From contig JANMKN010000008.1 of assembly GCA_031372065.1 (NCBI GenBank), positions 1 to 64,000 of the forward strand: DNA of 64,000 bases. The letters are read 5' to 3'. The notes beneath the pieces were generated by a model. It did no database searches. It saw nothing but the letters and a program-made list of their open reading frames with translations, and was not told where the DNA came from. The DNA is from Abditibacteriaceae bacterium. GTDB taxonomy: Bacteria; Armatimonadota; Abditibacteriia; Abditibacteriales; Abditibacteriaceae. A program made the position numbers and the translations under genes. Each line of letters starts with the position of its first letter. Positions within the stretch are counted from its first letter, which is position 1. This document shows, piece after piece, positions 28,478-39,100 of this stretch.

Positions 28478-29433
28478 GAATGCTCCCCGCGTCGCGCCAG
28501 ATGATCAGCCAAAACAGCCAGTAAAATAAAGCCGCCTTGAATGGCGCGCTCCCAATATGTCACGGCATCGCCGAGTTTCAAAAAAATCAGCGCCGTGCCG
28601 ATCATGCCGAGCAGTAAAGCCGCCAAAAGAGAACCGATAATTGTGCCGCGCCCGCCTTTCAAAGCCGCGCCGCCGACTACAACCGCCGTAACGACTTTCA
28701 ATTCGTAGCCTTGTCCAACGCTGTTTTCAATCACATCCAAAACCGGCACGCTCACCAAAGCCGCCAACGCCGTCAAAAATCCAGTAAAGGTAAAGGCAAA
28801 CAACTTCAAGCCATTAACCGAAAGCCCGGCCAAAGTCGCCGCATGCGGATTGCTGCCCGCCGCATAAATGCGCCGTCCGAGCGGCGTTTGCGTTGCCAAA
28901 ACAGCGCAAAAAATGAGAACCAACGCGGTGATCAAAAGTGGGACGGGAATGCCCAAAATATGGCCTGTCCCCAAAAAACGCAAGCCCGGTGGCAGATTTT
29001 TGATGGTATCGCCGCCCATGATCATCACCATCACGCCATGCAGCGCCGTTAGCATTCCCAACGTGGTGATAATCGAAGGCACCCTGCCCCACACCACGAG
29101 CGCACCGTTAATAAAACCAACCAGCGCGCCCAAACCCAGCGCGGCAGCTACGGCGAAAATAACCGGTTGGCCCATGCGTTCGGGCGAGGCCACAATTCCC
29201 ATCGTGACGGCGCACAGGCCATAAAGCGAACCAACGGAAATATCAATTTCGCCCAGCAAAATCACGAACGTCAGGCCGCACGCCATGATGACAAACGGCA
29301 CGACGTTGAACAAAATGCTGCCCAAATTTTCGCCGCTAACAAAAGCCGGATTGATGAGCGCCACGCCAAGAACCGACAGCCCCAGCAAGAGCGCGACGGC
29401 GTATTCGCGTTGTTGAAAAAGACGTTGAATCAT
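28474..29433 (-). CDS. Sugar ABC transporter permease (CUT2, RhaP/LsrC-like)
   Basis: GEIDISVGS; VPSIITTLG; GRRIYAAGSN; GYELKVVTAVVVGG. Confidence 0.92.
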   Translation of the reverse strand: MIQRLFQQREYAVALLLGLSVLGVALINPAFVSGENLGSILFNVVPFVIMACGLTFVILLGEIDISVGSLYGLCAVTMGIVASPERMGQPVIFAVAAALGLGALVGFINGALVVWGRVPSIITTLGMLTALHGVMVMIMGGDTIKNLPPGLRFLGTGHILGIPVPLLITALVLIFCAVLATQTPLGRRIYAAGSNPHAATLAGLSVNGLKLFAFTFTGFLTALAALVSVPVLDVIENSVGQGYELKVVTAVVVGGAALKGGRGTIIGSLLAALLLGMIGTALIFLKLGDAVTYWERAIQGGFILLAVLADHLARRGEHS

Positions 29434-29461
29434 AGAAAAATCACGGTGAATGAATTCGCCG

Positions 29462-30943
29462 CTATTTTGCGGGCAAAGCTAACTCTAAAATTTTCTCCGG
29501 CGTAGCGGCGGCGCGCAAAAGTTCGCCGGAAATTTCGCCTTCGCGCATCACCAAAATGCGGTCGCAGAGCGCCAAAACTTCGGGCAAGTCGGACGAAATC
29601 ACCAGCGTGGCTAAACCGCCGCTGGCCAGTTCGCGAATCAGGCGATAAACCTCGGCCCGCGCGCCGACATCCACGCCGCGCGTTGGCTCGTCTAAAATCA
29701 AAAGTTTCGGCTCGGTTGCCAGCCATTTGCCCAGCACCAATTTTTGCTGGTTGCCGCCTGATAATGATTGCGCCGCGATGTTTGGCCCCGCCGCTTTAAC
29801 CGCTAAATCGGCCATTAATTTTTGAATGAGAGCCTTTTCCTTGGCACGGTCACGGCCCGCCGCGTTGGAGAGATTTTTCAAAACCGCAAGCGAGATATTT
29901 TCACCGACGCTCATCGGCAAAACCAAACCTTGATGCTGCCTGTCTTCGGGCACAAGCGCCACGCCGCGCTCTGCCGCGACGCGCACATTATTTTTCGGCA
30001 AGTTTTCGCCGCCGATTTTTACCGTTCCAATTTGATAATCGTCCACACCAAAAATCGCCCGCGCCACTTCGCTGCGTCCGGCTCCGACAAGGCCCGCCAA
30101 ACCAACGATTTCGCCGGCGCGCACTTGGAAATTGATATTATGAAAGCCGCCACCGTGCAAATTATTCACTTGCAAAACTGGCTCGCCGCTGCCTGCGCGT
30201 GATTGGTATTCTTCGGTCACATCGCGGCCCACCATCAGGCGAATTAATTCGGCTTTGTCCACTTCCTTGATGTTTTTGGTGGCGACGTGGGCGCCATCGC
30301 GAAAAACAGTCACGCGGTCGGCCAAAGCGAAAATTTCATCTAAGCGATGGCTGACATAAAGCAGCGCCACGCCTTCGCTTTGCAGCTTGCGCAAAGTTGT
30401 AAAGAGCGCCTGACATTCGCGCTGCGAAAGCGAGGCGGTTGGCTCGTCTAAAACCAGAAGTTTGCTTTTTTGCAGCAGGGCGCGCGCGAAGCCGACCATT
30501 TGGCGCCGCGCCACGCTCAGTTCGCCCACCGGCTGACGCGTATCGAAGTTTTCGCCGAGTTGCGAGAGAAGTGCGCGCGTTTCGTTGCGCATTTGCGCGC
30601 GATTAATAAGCAATCCACCAGCGCGGCGCGGTTCGCGGCCCACGAAAATATTGTCTTCCGCGCCAAGGTCGCCAAAGGCGGTTGATTCCTGATGAATTAC
30701 GCCAATGCCCGCCGCTTCACTGGCCGGAACGCCGGGCAAAAGCGGCTTACCTTCGACCAAAATTCGCCCATTTGTCGGCGCGTGCGCGCCGCCGAGACAT
30801 TTAATTAAGGTTGATTTCCCCGCGCCGTTTTCGCCAACAAGCGCGTGAATTTCGCCCGGTAAAATATCGAAGCTAACGCCGCGCAACGCCTGCACGCCGC
30901 CAAATGTTTTGGTCAGATTTTCAATTTGAACTAAAGGCGTCAT
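29462..30943 (-). CDS. Sugar ABC transporter ATP-binding protein (two ATPase domains)
   Basis: GENGAGKST; LDEPT; SHRLDE; GLVGAGRSE; LSGGNQQK; ATGA overlap with the upstream MBOAT gene. Confidence 0.95.
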   Translation of the reverse strand: MTPLVQIENLTKTFGGVQALRGVSFDILPGEIHALVGENGAGKSTLIKCLGGAHAPTNGRILVEGKPLLPGVPASEAAGIGVIHQESTAFGDLGAEDNIFVGREPRRAGGLLINRAQMRNETRALLSQLGENFDTRQPVGELSVARRQMVGFARALLQKSKLLVLDEPTASLSQRECQALFTTLRKLQSEGVALLYVSHRLDEIFALADRVTVFRDGAHVATKNIKEVDKAELIRLMVGRDVTEEYQSRAGSGEPVLQVNNLHGGGFHNINFQVRAGEIVGLAGLVGAGRSEVARAIFGVDDYQIGTVKIGGENLPKNNVRVAAERGVALVPEDRQHQGLVLPMSVGENISLAVLKNLSNAAGRDRAKEKALIQKLMADLAVKAAGPNIAAQSLSGGNQQKLVLGKWLATEPKLLILDEPTRGVDVGARAEVYRLIRELASGGLATLVISSDLPEVLALCDRILVMREGEISGELLRAAATPEKILELALPAK

Positions 30944-32316
30944 GTGTTGTGAGAATAAGGCCACCAAGCGTGCAGCGGCACGACGAGGCCAAACAAAACG
31001 GCCAGACAAACAAAAGTGAAAGTGAGCATAACGTGACCGGCCTCAAATTGCCACCCGTGCGGCCAATCGTCATGATCAAAATAGAAGAAATCCGTCACGA
31101 CCCGCGCCGCCCACAACGCGCCGATGAAAAGCGAAAGTCCAACCGCCGCGCGCTCGCCGCGAAATAATTCGGCGTGCAAAAAGCCCGTCAACAAGCCAAA
31201 GGAAACAATCACGCCGACAATAAACGCGCCATACGTCCAGAAAATCTTGCGGTTAAAACGCGATAAAACCGCGAAATCCTCGTGCCAATGGAGTTGTTTG
31301 GGCACATTATAACTGGCGATCAAAATGCAAAAATGTGCCGCGCAGCCAAGCCACAACGCGCCCTGCAAATACCAATCGAACGAACGCTGATGCAGAATCC
31401 CGTGCAGCCAAAACGCGAGGGGCAAAATGAGTTTTTCACGAAACGGCGCATGAAACAAAATCGGCAGCGGCATTAAAACGAAAAGCCATGTTAAAGCGCG
31501 GTTTTTGATTTTGAAATTCACCAAAACGCCGTGCAAAACAAAAAACAGCAGTGGCCCGCCCCAACCGGCGCCCGCCGGATACGACAGGCCCATTTCGTGC
31601 AAAATTCCCGAAATGATGAACACGCCAAACAATGCGCCGCGTGAACCAAACTTTTGATGTAGTGGGCGCAGAAACAGAATTTTATCCATTTCAACGAACG
31701 CCAAATTCCAGCGCCGCGACCAAAAATCTGCCAGCGATTCGCTGGCAAGCGGCGCGCGAAACAAAGGCTTGGTTTCAAAACCAATTTGTCGCAATAGCCA
31801 CGGCAAAACTTCGCCCAAACCAAAATGCACTGTCGCCAAAAGCGCGAAAATCAGCGCCCAACCGAGAAAAGTTTCATCTAAATCCAACGCGAACCAGCCG
31901 AGCGAAAGAAGGGCCGCGATTCCGACAACAAAAGTCGCCGCGCCACGAAAAAGCGCCTTGGCGCGCCATTCGTCATCGGCAGTAAATTCTTGCGGGCGTG
32001 GCACGCGCTTTTTGAACGCGCCCATTTCCATACCGGGCCAAATCGAAAAATAAAGCAGCAAACCAAGGCGCGAAAACAACGATAAATCGTCAGGAGAACG
32101 GCGCAACGCCACGGCACATTTGATGAGGCCCAGCATTAAAACCGTCGCTAAAACGAGGCGCTCAACCGGCGAAAACAGCGGCCCGACAAGAAGCAAAACC
32201 AGCAAAGAGAAGATCGGCAACCACGCCGAAATGGTGCGTCGCCACGCGCCGCGCACCATAAAAACGCAAAATAATCCTATTGTGTAAACGGCACACAAAA
32301 TTAGCAGAGCGCGCAT
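30940..32316 (-). CDS. MBOAT-family (wax synthase-like) acyltransferase fused to an extra membrane domain
   Basis: SLADFWSRRWN and FIISGILHE (catalytic His); ~140-aa additional hydrophobic C-terminal domain. Confidence 0.8.
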   Translation of the reverse strand: MRALLILCAVYTIGLFCVFMVRGAWRRTISAWLPIFSLLVLLLVGPLFSPVERLVLATVLMLGLIKCAVALRRSPDDLSLFSRLGLLLYFSIWPGMEMGAFKKRVPRPQEFTADDEWRAKALFRGAATFVVGIAALLSLGWFALDLDETFLGWALIFALLATVHFGLGEVLPWLLRQIGFETKPLFRAPLASESLADFWSRRWNLAFVEMDKILFLRPLHQKFGSRGALFGVFIISGILHEMGLSYPAGAGWGGPLLFFVLHGVLVNFKIKNRALTWLFVLMPLPILFHAPFREKLILPLAFWLHGILHQRSFDWYLQGALWLGCAAHFCILIASYNVPKQLHWHEDFAVLSRFNRKIFWTYGAFIVGVIVSFGLLTGFLHAELFRGERAAVGLSLFIGALWAARVVTDFFYFDHDDWPHGWQFEAGHVMLTFTFVCLAVLFGLVVPLHAWWPYSHNT

Positions 32317-32324
32317 GGCATAAT

Positions 32325-34226
32325 TTACGGCGATTCGACGATTTCAAGGCTCAGTTCATCAAGGCGCAGCGTAATTTGCGGGCGCGATTCCAAGGTGCCT
32401 TTTTCGATGGCTAAAGCGCCTTGTGTGGTTTGCGACGTGGTTTCAATCCACGCATCGAGTTTTTGCCATGTGCCCAATTTTGTTGTGTCGTATTTATCAG
32501 TATTGATGTTAGTCAGCCATTTGCCGTCTTTGTCGTTGAGGCCGATTTTCATATACGGCGACGGCGAACCGGGCGTCAGCGCGTCCACCTTCATCCAGCA
32601 CGACAGATGATAACGACTGCCCGGCAGAATCGCTTTGGGCAGCGACAGCGAGGCGTAATTCCACGATGCTTCCTGCGGCGCGCCGTCGAGCAGCAAAGCC
32701 GCGCCTTCGTGGCCCGCCTCGTCGGTTTTCAGCGCGATGCCTTTGGCGCTTTGCCAGCCGCCGACGCCTTTTTCAAAGCCTTCGTTGTAAATCGTTTTCG
32801 GTTCGTTTTGGCCGGGTTCAGCGGCGATATCCGCGATGAAATAACGCCCTTGCGCGTCGGAATTTCGCAGCGCGAGCTGTATTTTCGTGGCCTCTTCGGG
32901 CTTCTCCATCGCCACGAAAATTTTGTAAGCACCGGGCGGCGTGGCGGCGGGAATTGTCAGCACGTCGGTCTGCGAAATCTCTTCGCCGGGCCACCAGCGC
33001 GTCGTCGGCACCGTCGGAAAACTCAGCTTTTCCGCGACGCTTTGGCCGTGCGCGTTCAGCAAAAACCAGCGCAGCGCATACGAATCGTAGCACGGCGCCA
33101 CGCCGCTGTTTTTCCAGCGGCTTTCGAGCAGCAAACGTCCGGCGCGGTCGGGATTGACGTGGATTTTCGGGTTGCACTTCACGCTCGTCGCCGCGAAGCG
33201 AAAACCGAGGCGCCGCGCGGCGTCCGTCACGGCTTCGCGCACTTCGGCAGGCGCTTTCGCCATCTGCCCAAAGCCCATCAAATTAACGTGCAAATAGCTG
33301 ATCGGGTCTTCGAGACCTTTGTCGAAGGTTTCCTTGACGCCCCAGCCTTTTTGCTTCATTTCGTCGTAGCCGCTGAACAATTCGTAGTTGCAAATGGTGC
33401 CTCGCCGCGCGTATTCGTGATAAAAACGCTTGCCGACATCGGCGCTCGGCCCGTTCGGATTCAGCCCGTCTTGCCGAAAATGCACGCCGCGAATTGCCGC
33501 GTAATCGTTGATATTGGCCCAATCGCCGACGTTGAGGAAAACCCGCGTGTGCGGAAACGCTTTCGCGTAAGCGTCAATCAAGCGACGATAGGCCGCGACG
33601 TATTTTTCGGGCGTGTAACCCGACGCCGCCAATTGCGTGGGCGTCCAGCGCGCCAAATGCATTTCGCCCCACTCGCCGATGCCGCCGATGTCTATGAATT
33701 CCACGCCGGGCCGACCGTCGAGATAGTGGCCGAGATCGGCGATGAATTTTTCCTGAATTTGCAGATATTTCTCGTCCCAAAACACTGGATCAGTCTGCTC
33801 TGGCGCGTAGATTCCTTTGAACGTTTGCGACGGCACGCCGGCCTCGAAAACCCATTGCGGCGAAACGTATTTCGACTGCGAATGCATATTTTGCGACATC
33901 AAGCGAAACGCCACGCGCTTGTGCAGTTTGTTCACCCAGAGGTCGAAAATCGGCTTAAAATAGGCGTCAAAATCCGCCGTTCCGGGGCCATGCGGCTGAA
34001 TTTTGGCCCAATCGTCGCGGAAATAGCCGATGTCAATGACTTGCGCGGGCCATAAATCGAGCGCCAGCTCTTTTTCGTTCAGCGTGCCGCCGAGATAAAG
34101 CCCCATGCCGGGATTTTTCAGCGGCGCGTCGGAAAGCGGCGGCGTGATGTTTTGCATCGCCAATTCTTGCGCGCAGAGCGGCAAAATGAACGAGGTTAGC
34201 AGACCAAGAGCGAGAATCTTTTTCAT
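32325..34226 (-). CDS. Secreted DUF4832-type / GH-A-like glycoside hydrolase with C-terminal CBM-like domain
   Basis: Signal peptide; LKNPGMG; PVFWD; DIGGIGEWGEMH; RRLGFRF; WKNSGVAPCY; C-terminal NEGFE...GSRYHLSCWMK. Confidence 0.7.
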   Translation of the reverse strand: MKKILALGLLTSFILPLCAQELAMQNITPPLSDAPLKNPGMGLYLGGTLNEKELALDLWPAQVIDIGYFRDDWAKIQPHGPGTADFDAYFKPIFDLWVNKLHKRVAFRLMSQNMHSQSKYVSPQWVFEAGVPSQTFKGIYAPEQTDPVFWDEKYLQIQEKFIADLGHYLDGRPGVEFIDIGGIGEWGEMHLARWTPTQLAASGYTPEKYVAAYRRLIDAYAKAFPHTRVFLNVGDWANINDYAAIRGVHFRQDGLNPNGPSADVGKRFYHEYARRGTICNYELFSGYDEMKQKGWGVKETFDKGLEDPISYLHVNLMGFGQMAKAPAEVREAVTDAARRLGFRFAATSVKCNPKIHVNPDRAGRLLLESRWKNSGVAPCYDSYALRWFLLNAHGQSVAEKLSFPTVPTTRWWPGEEISQTDVLTIPAATPPGAYKIFVAMEKPEEATKIQLALRNSDAQGRYFIADIAAEPGQNEPKTIYNEGFEKGVGGWQSAKGIALKTDEAGHEGAALLLDGAPQEASWNYASLSLPKAILPGSRYHLSCWMKVDALTPGSPSPYMKIGLNDKDGKWLTNINTDKYDTTKLGTWQKLDAWIETTSQTTQGALAIEKGTLESRPQITLRLDELSLEIVESP

Positions 34227-34244
34227 GGCATCGAAAAGAAAACT

Positions 34245-36179
34245 TCAAGGGTGTAGCGGCGCAGCAGCGTGCAGTAGCGTGCGGGCGGCAGGAGAGCCGT
34301 AATCCTTCAACATCTGCGCGGCATTGCGTTGCACTTGCTCGTCGGCGTCGTTGAGATGCGCGATGGCAACGCGCTCCAACGCCGGTGTCATTTCCAATTT
34401 GGCTACATCTGAGAGCGTGACTTGATAACAACCTGTCTCTTTGCGCGCCGCCAAGGCCCGTTCAATTTGCGCCACGCCGTAATCTGGGTCGGCGCGTAGG
34501 AAGTAGGCCAATAGCGCCGATTGAAAAAAACAAGCGGTTCGCCCGATGTCATTGGCGTAGCGCACCTTCAGTTGAGGCAGAATTTTCGGCGAGGCGTAAC
34601 GTTCAATGAGGAACATTATCGTTTCGGAATCGGCGCCGGTTTTCTGAAGATTCGCCAACAACACGTCGTCCAGTTCCGGCAGCGTGGCATCGGGCAAAAT
34701 GCCCAACGTTTCACCGTTGGCGCATGGGCGAGGATTGGCGATTTCTTTCAAAATCAGAGCGCGGCCTTGTTCCGGCGATAGTTCATGGATGCGGCGCAGA
34801 ATGTCGTTCGACAGTTCGTAGCGCGGCCCCCACTGCGGCACGGTCTGCTTGTCCCACAAGCGCAAAAGTGTGGCGAGCAAAACGTCGGCAGGCGCATCGG
34901 CTTTCAGATGCGGCCACTCATAGCGAATCAAATGTTCCAGAGGCCCGGAGCGGTTTTGTGGCAGCGCATCGAACAGCGGCGCGATTTGCCGGGATAGCCC
35001 CGGCAGTTTCACGACAATCGCCTCATCCTCTTTTGGCAGCAAGCCTCCCCAACCCAACGCCAGCAGCGAAAAGAGCGTGTGAATGCGCGGCTGGTCAGCC
35101 TTGGCATCAACGCTCTGCGCCGCGATTTTCCAACTGGACGCCAATGCCGCATTTTTCGCTTGATATGACCGCCTTCGCCAATTGGCATCGGCCTGCGCCA
35201 ATTCAGGCGGCAACCCGGCGACGTCCACCGGCAAATCGGCATTGGCCTTGACCAAAACGGCTGGACACGGCTCACGCTGCATCGCCACAAGTAGCGCCAG
35301 CGTTTCCAAAAATGACTGCGTTACGGCACAGTCTGGCCGCGCCAACGCCCTCCGCATCTCCTCGATGAGCCATTTGCGGTCGGGATAGCCGATGAGCGCC
35401 GGTTGCCACGCCAGCACGTTTTCATCGGGGATTCGATGGGGCGTTTCATTGCGGCTCATGCGCTCGATGATGGGCCGCGCCGCCGCCGGGGTGTTCAACC
35501 AGCGCACGTCGCCTTCTTGCGGCGGCGCATCGGAGCGCGGCGGATCAAAAAGCATTAGGTCACTTGCTAAGTTGGCCTTTTGCGCGTCCAGTTGCACCTG
35601 CGCCCACGCGGGGTTGGTGGGCACAATGTCGAACTCAACGATGTCCGACGCTACCGGCAATCCTTCAGCCGCAAAGCTGATTTGCGGCTTGCTTCGCTTC
35701 AGGACGCGGTTTCGCATGGTGGCGTAAACGCGATAATGTCCGGGCCGGTCGAAGCGCAGCCAGCGGTTCAATTCGACGGTGAGTTCTGCGGGCTTATCCG
35801 AAAGCGGCACCGGATTAGGAATGCCTCCCGAAAAGCCGCCGCCTTTGGGCAAGGGATAATCGGCGAGCGGGTCGCTGACGCCTTCCTGCGGCGCGGCGTG
35901 AAACCTGCCGAATTCAAAGAAAGCGACAGGACGCGACAAAATCAAAACATCCATCCAGTAGACGTTTGGCGTGTCCGCCGTAAATTCCGCCGTGACGCGA
36001 ATCGTTTCGCCTTGCTGGAAGCGCGTTTTGCCGGCGGCGAGACGCAACACGCAATGCACGCCCGGCGGATTCTGCGCGACGGCGGCCTGTTGTCGCGCCT
36101 CGAAACCGTCCGGCTTTTGCGCCCGCGCGGGTAAGCCGCTCAAAGCCACAAACAAGATAGCGTAAAGGCTCTTTTTCAT
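34245..36179 (-). CDS. Secreted hypothetical protein with C-terminal HEAT-like repeats
   Basis: Signal peptide; FDRPGHYRV beta-sandwich-like N-terminus; AIAHLNDADEQVQRNAAQMLKDYGSP; 4-nt overlap with the rhamnosidase. Confidence 0.7.
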   Translation of the reverse strand: MKKSLYAILFVALSGLPARAQKPDGFEARQQAAVAQNPPGVHCVLRLAAGKTRFQQGETIRVTAEFTADTPNVYWMDVLILSRPVAFFEFGRFHAAPQEGVSDPLADYPLPKGGGFSGGIPNPVPLSDKPAELTVELNRWLRFDRPGHYRVYATMRNRVLKRSKPQISFAAEGLPVASDIVEFDIVPTNPAWAQVQLDAQKANLASDLMLFDPPRSDAPPQEGDVRWLNTPAAARPIIERMSRNETPHRIPDENVLAWQPALIGYPDRKWLIEEMRRALARPDCAVTQSFLETLALLVAMQREPCPAVLVKANADLPVDVAGLPPELAQADANWRRRSYQAKNAALASSWKIAAQSVDAKADQPRIHTLFSLLALGWGGLLPKEDEAIVVKLPGLSRQIAPLFDALPQNRSGPLEHLIRYEWPHLKADAPADVLLATLLRLWDKQTVPQWGPRYELSNDILRRIHELSPEQGRALILKEIANPRPCANGETLGILPDATLPELDDVLLANLQKTGADSETIMFLIERYASPKILPQLKVRYANDIGRTACFFQSALLAYFLRADPDYGVAQIERALAARKETGCYQVTLSDVAKLEMTPALERVAIAHLNDADEQVQRNAAQMLKDYGSPAARTLLHAAAPLHP

Positions 36180-39100
36180 CGCACCTCGAATGAATAAGTT
36201 CCCGAACCGAGTTCATAAATCGCGGCGCCGTTTTCCTGCTTTACGAACTGCACGCCGTCGAATTTTGCAGCGTCGCGCCCGCTTTCGGTGATATTGGCGC
36301 CCGTTTTTGCGGGCAAATAAAGCGTGGCGGTGGTATTGGTGGGAATCGTTACGTTTAGCGTCAGCGCGCCGTTTCCGAGTTTCCAATCGCTGACAATTTT
36401 GCCGCGAATCGAATCATAGTCGCCGCGCGCGAAGGTGAGGCCGCCGCCGGGTTGCGGACGCAAAATGATGTGTTCAAAGCCGGGTTTTTCGGGGTCAACG
36501 CCGATGCCTGCGACGGTATCGAAAAGCCATTCGCCGACGGAGCCGAGCGAATAATGGTTGAACGAATTCATGCCGGGGTCTTGGAAACCTTTGTCGGCGC
36601 GATAGCCGTCCCAGCGCTCCCAAATCGTGGTGGCGCCTTGGCGAATCGAGTAGCCCCACGAGGGAAACGTATCCTGCAAAAGGAGCTTATACGCCATGTC
36701 TTTGTAGCCGTTTTTGGTCAGCGTCGGATTGAGATAGCCGACGCCAACAAAGCCCGTTGACAGGTGATTATTTTTCTGCGCGATGTCTTCGACCAAATAT
36801 TTCGCCGCCGCCGCACGCTTTTCTTCGGGCAGCAAATCGAAACGCAGCGCCAGCACATAATTGGTTTGCGTGTTGCCTTTGATGCGGCCATCGGCGGCCA
36901 CAAATTCTTTGTTGAAAGTGGCTTTGATTTGCGCAAAAAGATCGTCGTATTGGCGCGCATCTTCGGTTTTGCCCAAAACGCGCGCCGTGTTTGCTAAAAT
37001 GCCGGTGCTATAGGCGAAATAAGCGGTGCCCAGCACGTCTTTGGGCGTGTCGGCGGCAATCGAAAGCCAATCGCCATAATCGCTGCCGCGCTTGTTCATA
37101 ATCAGCGACGGATTCTCACGCTTGACCCATTCGATATAGCGCCGCATAGCACTGTAATGCTTTTCGAGAATGCGCTTGTCGCCGTAAGCGGTGTAAATTG
37201 TCCACGGCACAATCAGACCGGCATCGGCCCATGCCGGAGTGCCCGCGCCGCAGCAAATATCGGGCGCAATGTCCGGGAAGGCATCGCCGCGCATCCCATC
37301 TTCCACGTCCACCATCCACTTGTTGAAAAAGCTCGCCACGTCGGCGTTATAAGTTGACGTGCGCACGAAAATCTGCGCATCGCCCATCCAACCGCAACGC
37401 TCGTCGCGTTGCGGACAATCGGTGGGCACTTCCAAAAAGTTGCCGCGCTGACCCCATTGAATGTTGCTTTGCAGTTGATTCACCAGCGGATTCGAGCAAA
37501 CAAAGGTGCCGCTATCGGGAATCGCCGAATAAACGACCACGCCGGTGATGCTGTCTTTAGTCGGCGAGGTGGGAAGGCCTGTCAGTTCCACATAACGAAA
37601 GCCATGAAAGGTGAAACGCGGCTCCCACGTTTCTGGGCCGGTGCCTTTGGTGGTGTATTCGTCAATGCAACGCGCGCCGCGCAAGTTGGTGGTGTAAATC
37701 GTGCCGTCGGCGTTGAGCATCTCGGCGGAACGAATGCGAATTTTGGTGCCGCGTGGCGCGACGATGTTGTTCAATCGCACCCAGCCAACCATATTTTGGC
37801 CCAAATCGAACACATAGTTGCCGGGTTGCGGCTGCGTCATGGTTTTGGCTTTGAGTTCGATTTGGCGGCGCACCGGCACGCCGGGATAGGCTTCGACTTT
37901 GATATTCGGTGCCGGAATCATATCCGGCTTTTTCCATGCCGCGTCGTTGAAGTTCGCGGTGTCCCAGCCAATGGCTTCTTGCGTGGCGTCGTAGAATTCG
38001 CCGTCCAACAAATCCTGCTCGATAATCGGGCCGTAGCCCGCTTTCCAATTGGTGTCCGACGCGACGATTTCGCGCGTGCCATCGGCGTAATCCAAGACGA
38101 TTTGGCCGCTAAAATGCGGGCGATGCAAACCGTAGCGATCTCGTCCGCCGTTGCCGTCGTGACCTGTGGCCCAGCCATCGCCCAAAATCGCGCCGACGGC
38201 GTTGGCGCCTTGTTTTATCAGAGGCGTGACATCGTAAGTCTGATAATAAACGCGCTTTTTGTAGTCCGTCCAGCCGGGCGTGAAGACATCGTCGCCGATG
38301 CGCTGCCCGTTGAGATGCATTTCATAAAGGCCGAGCGCCGTGCCATAAGCCATCGCGCGGCGCACTGGTTTGGCGATACGAAATTCGCGGCGAAAATAAG
38401 TGGCGGGCGGCACTTTGGAGGTGTTGCTGAAACTGACCTGATCGGCCCACGGCCCGCCGCCAAAAGGCGCGGCGATTTTCGTGGACTGCCATGCGGCGTC
38501 ATCGAAAGCGGCGCTTTGCCACTCTTTGCCAGACTGCTTGGAAGATTTCCAACTGCCATCCGAAACGAAAGTTTTGTTACCCCATTCTGGCGATTGGATA
38601 GCCAATTTCGTCACCAGCCCGGCGGGGCTGTTGGCGCCGTTTTTCACTTCGACGGCCAAGATATTCGGCCCGGCGTGCATTGTTTTCTGCACATCAACCG
38701 ACTTGGCTTCTTTCCACGAATTGCTGGCGCCCATGAGCTTGCCGTTCAGCCACGCGCGCCAACTGTCATCGCCGGAAAGCGAAAGTTTGGCGCTGCTAAT
38801 GGTAACATCGGCGGGCACATTGATGGTCGTGCGGAAATAGCGCGTGCCTTCGGGCACGTTTTGCGTGGCGTCGCCTTCGGGAAACCAAATCCAACTCGCG
38901 CCTTTGAAATCGCCTGTGGCAACGGGCGCATCGGGCAACGCTTCGAGATTAATCCATTGCCCTTTCCATTCGGCGGCGATGTTCATCAAACCCGCCGTCC
39001 ATTGCGCGGGCGCGCTGTAGGCCGAAGGCTTGCCGTTTTTGTCCCAAGTGCGCACGCTCCACCGCGCGGTTTGCCCGCTTTGCAGCGGTTTGCCCGCATA

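Noticed and set aside
32421..34055. 544-aa plus-strand ORF
   Set aside because: Antisense shadow of the DUF4832-like gene; no motifs, explained by codon bias of the real gene.
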